This document shows positions 40,620-41,423 of a stretch of 41,423 nt of DNA, piece by piece. This stretch comes from Paraspadella gotoi. Lineage: Eukaryota > Animalia > Chaetognatha. The DNA lies in the NCBI GenBank assembly GCA_051294375.1, contig CM119269.1, positions 5,902,408-5,943,830 on the forward strand, given 5' to 3'. The notes under the pieces were generated by a model. That model saw only the letters and a program-made list of their open reading frames with translations, had not been told where the DNA came from and searched no databases. Position 1 is the stretch's first letter, and each line of letters starts with the position of its first letter. Made by a program: the position numbers and the translations under genes.

Positions 40620-40809
40620 ATACAAACTGACACACGAACTACGGACGAACGAACAAAGAGACACAAAGACGGACATACTGACAGCCACGGTGACTGACAA
40701 ACACTAAACAGACCGACGGACGGACGGAAAGAGAGACTTACATAAGGACTTGAGAACTAAAAGTCCGAGAGTTCAAATATTAAAATTCGTCCATGCTTCT
40801 CTTTAACAG

Positions 40810-40926
40810 GCCTTCCCAAAGGCCTCGTACACGCCTCCGCCGGCTACTTGGTTTACGCCTCGCTCACCCATGAGTTGGTCTTCAGCTACGCGGACGGCGA
40901 CATCCACGGATGCGTCGCTGACATCG
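40810..40926 (+). CDS. ACSS1: ACSS1-like internal exon (second half of the AMP-binding signature)
   Basis: (G)[38 protein letters not shown](G); CAG acceptor, donor is GCGAGT. Confidence 0.95.
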
Positions 40927-41140
40927 GCGAGTCGAGAGGGGTTGGGGGGGCTGACCGGGGTAGTGAAAGGTGGCGTGGCGGGGTTATCGGGGTTGTATGG
41001 GGTCTTCGCGTATTTCTTCCATTGGAAATGGGTAGCGGTGAAGTAGGGTCTTAAGGGCCTCCGATAGAAGAGCGAAAATGTGGATGATATGGGATCGTGT
41101 GATATAACCCCCCCCTACACAACTCACCTCCCAAACACAG

Positions 41141-41316
41141 GTTGGATCACCGGTCACACTTACGTCGTCTACGGTCCGTTGTCCAACGGCGCCACCACCC
41201 TACTCTTTGAGAGCACCCCCAACTACCCCGACTTCGGTCGGTACTGGGAAATGGTGCAGCGGCTCAAGATCACTCAGTTCTACACCGCGCCCACCGCCAT
41301 TCGGATGCTGCTCAAG
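41141..41316 (+). CDS. ACSS1: ACSS1-like internal exon; gene continues beyond the window
   Basis: (G)[58 protein letters not shown]; CAG acceptor and GTGACG donor. Confidence 0.96.
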
Positions 41317-41423
41317 GTGACGGGGAACGGTTAAGAATTTAATTAGATTTACTGATGAGATTTTAGAGTATTTTATAATGTATCCATGAGTTGATAATTG
41401 ATTATTCTACAAATCGATCGGTC

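Overview
AT-rich, microsatellite-dense eukaryotic (probably invertebrate animal) draft-assembly DNA with six N gaps. Most ORFs in the track are microsatellite or gap artefacts. The one clearly identifiable gene is a spliced + strand mitochondrial-type acetyl-CoA synthetase (ACSS1-like). Five phase-consistent 5' exons lie at 22120-25034 and two later exons at 40810-41316, separated by a GC-AG intron. The exon(s) encoding roughly 60 residues in between are not visible. About 15 kb of the window is near-duplicate sequence (about 5.7-13.1 kb vs 13.2-22.2 kb, and 20.6-27.9 kb vs 27.9-35.7 kb). The copies differ mainly by 1-nt indels and each pair abuts a gap of exactly 25 N, which points to long-read gap-filling artefacts rather than real duplication. 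One copy carries a 1.7 kb Penelope-like retroelement fragment that the other lacks. Smaller items are an unidentified minus-strand polyQ/N exon preceded by chained Met-Pro uORFs, a 95-bp minisatellite, a 186-bp multi-hairpin insertion with 7-bp flanking direct repeats, an inverted repeat bracketing a candidate exon, and a tRNA-like SINE. I found no convincing new multi-gene system.
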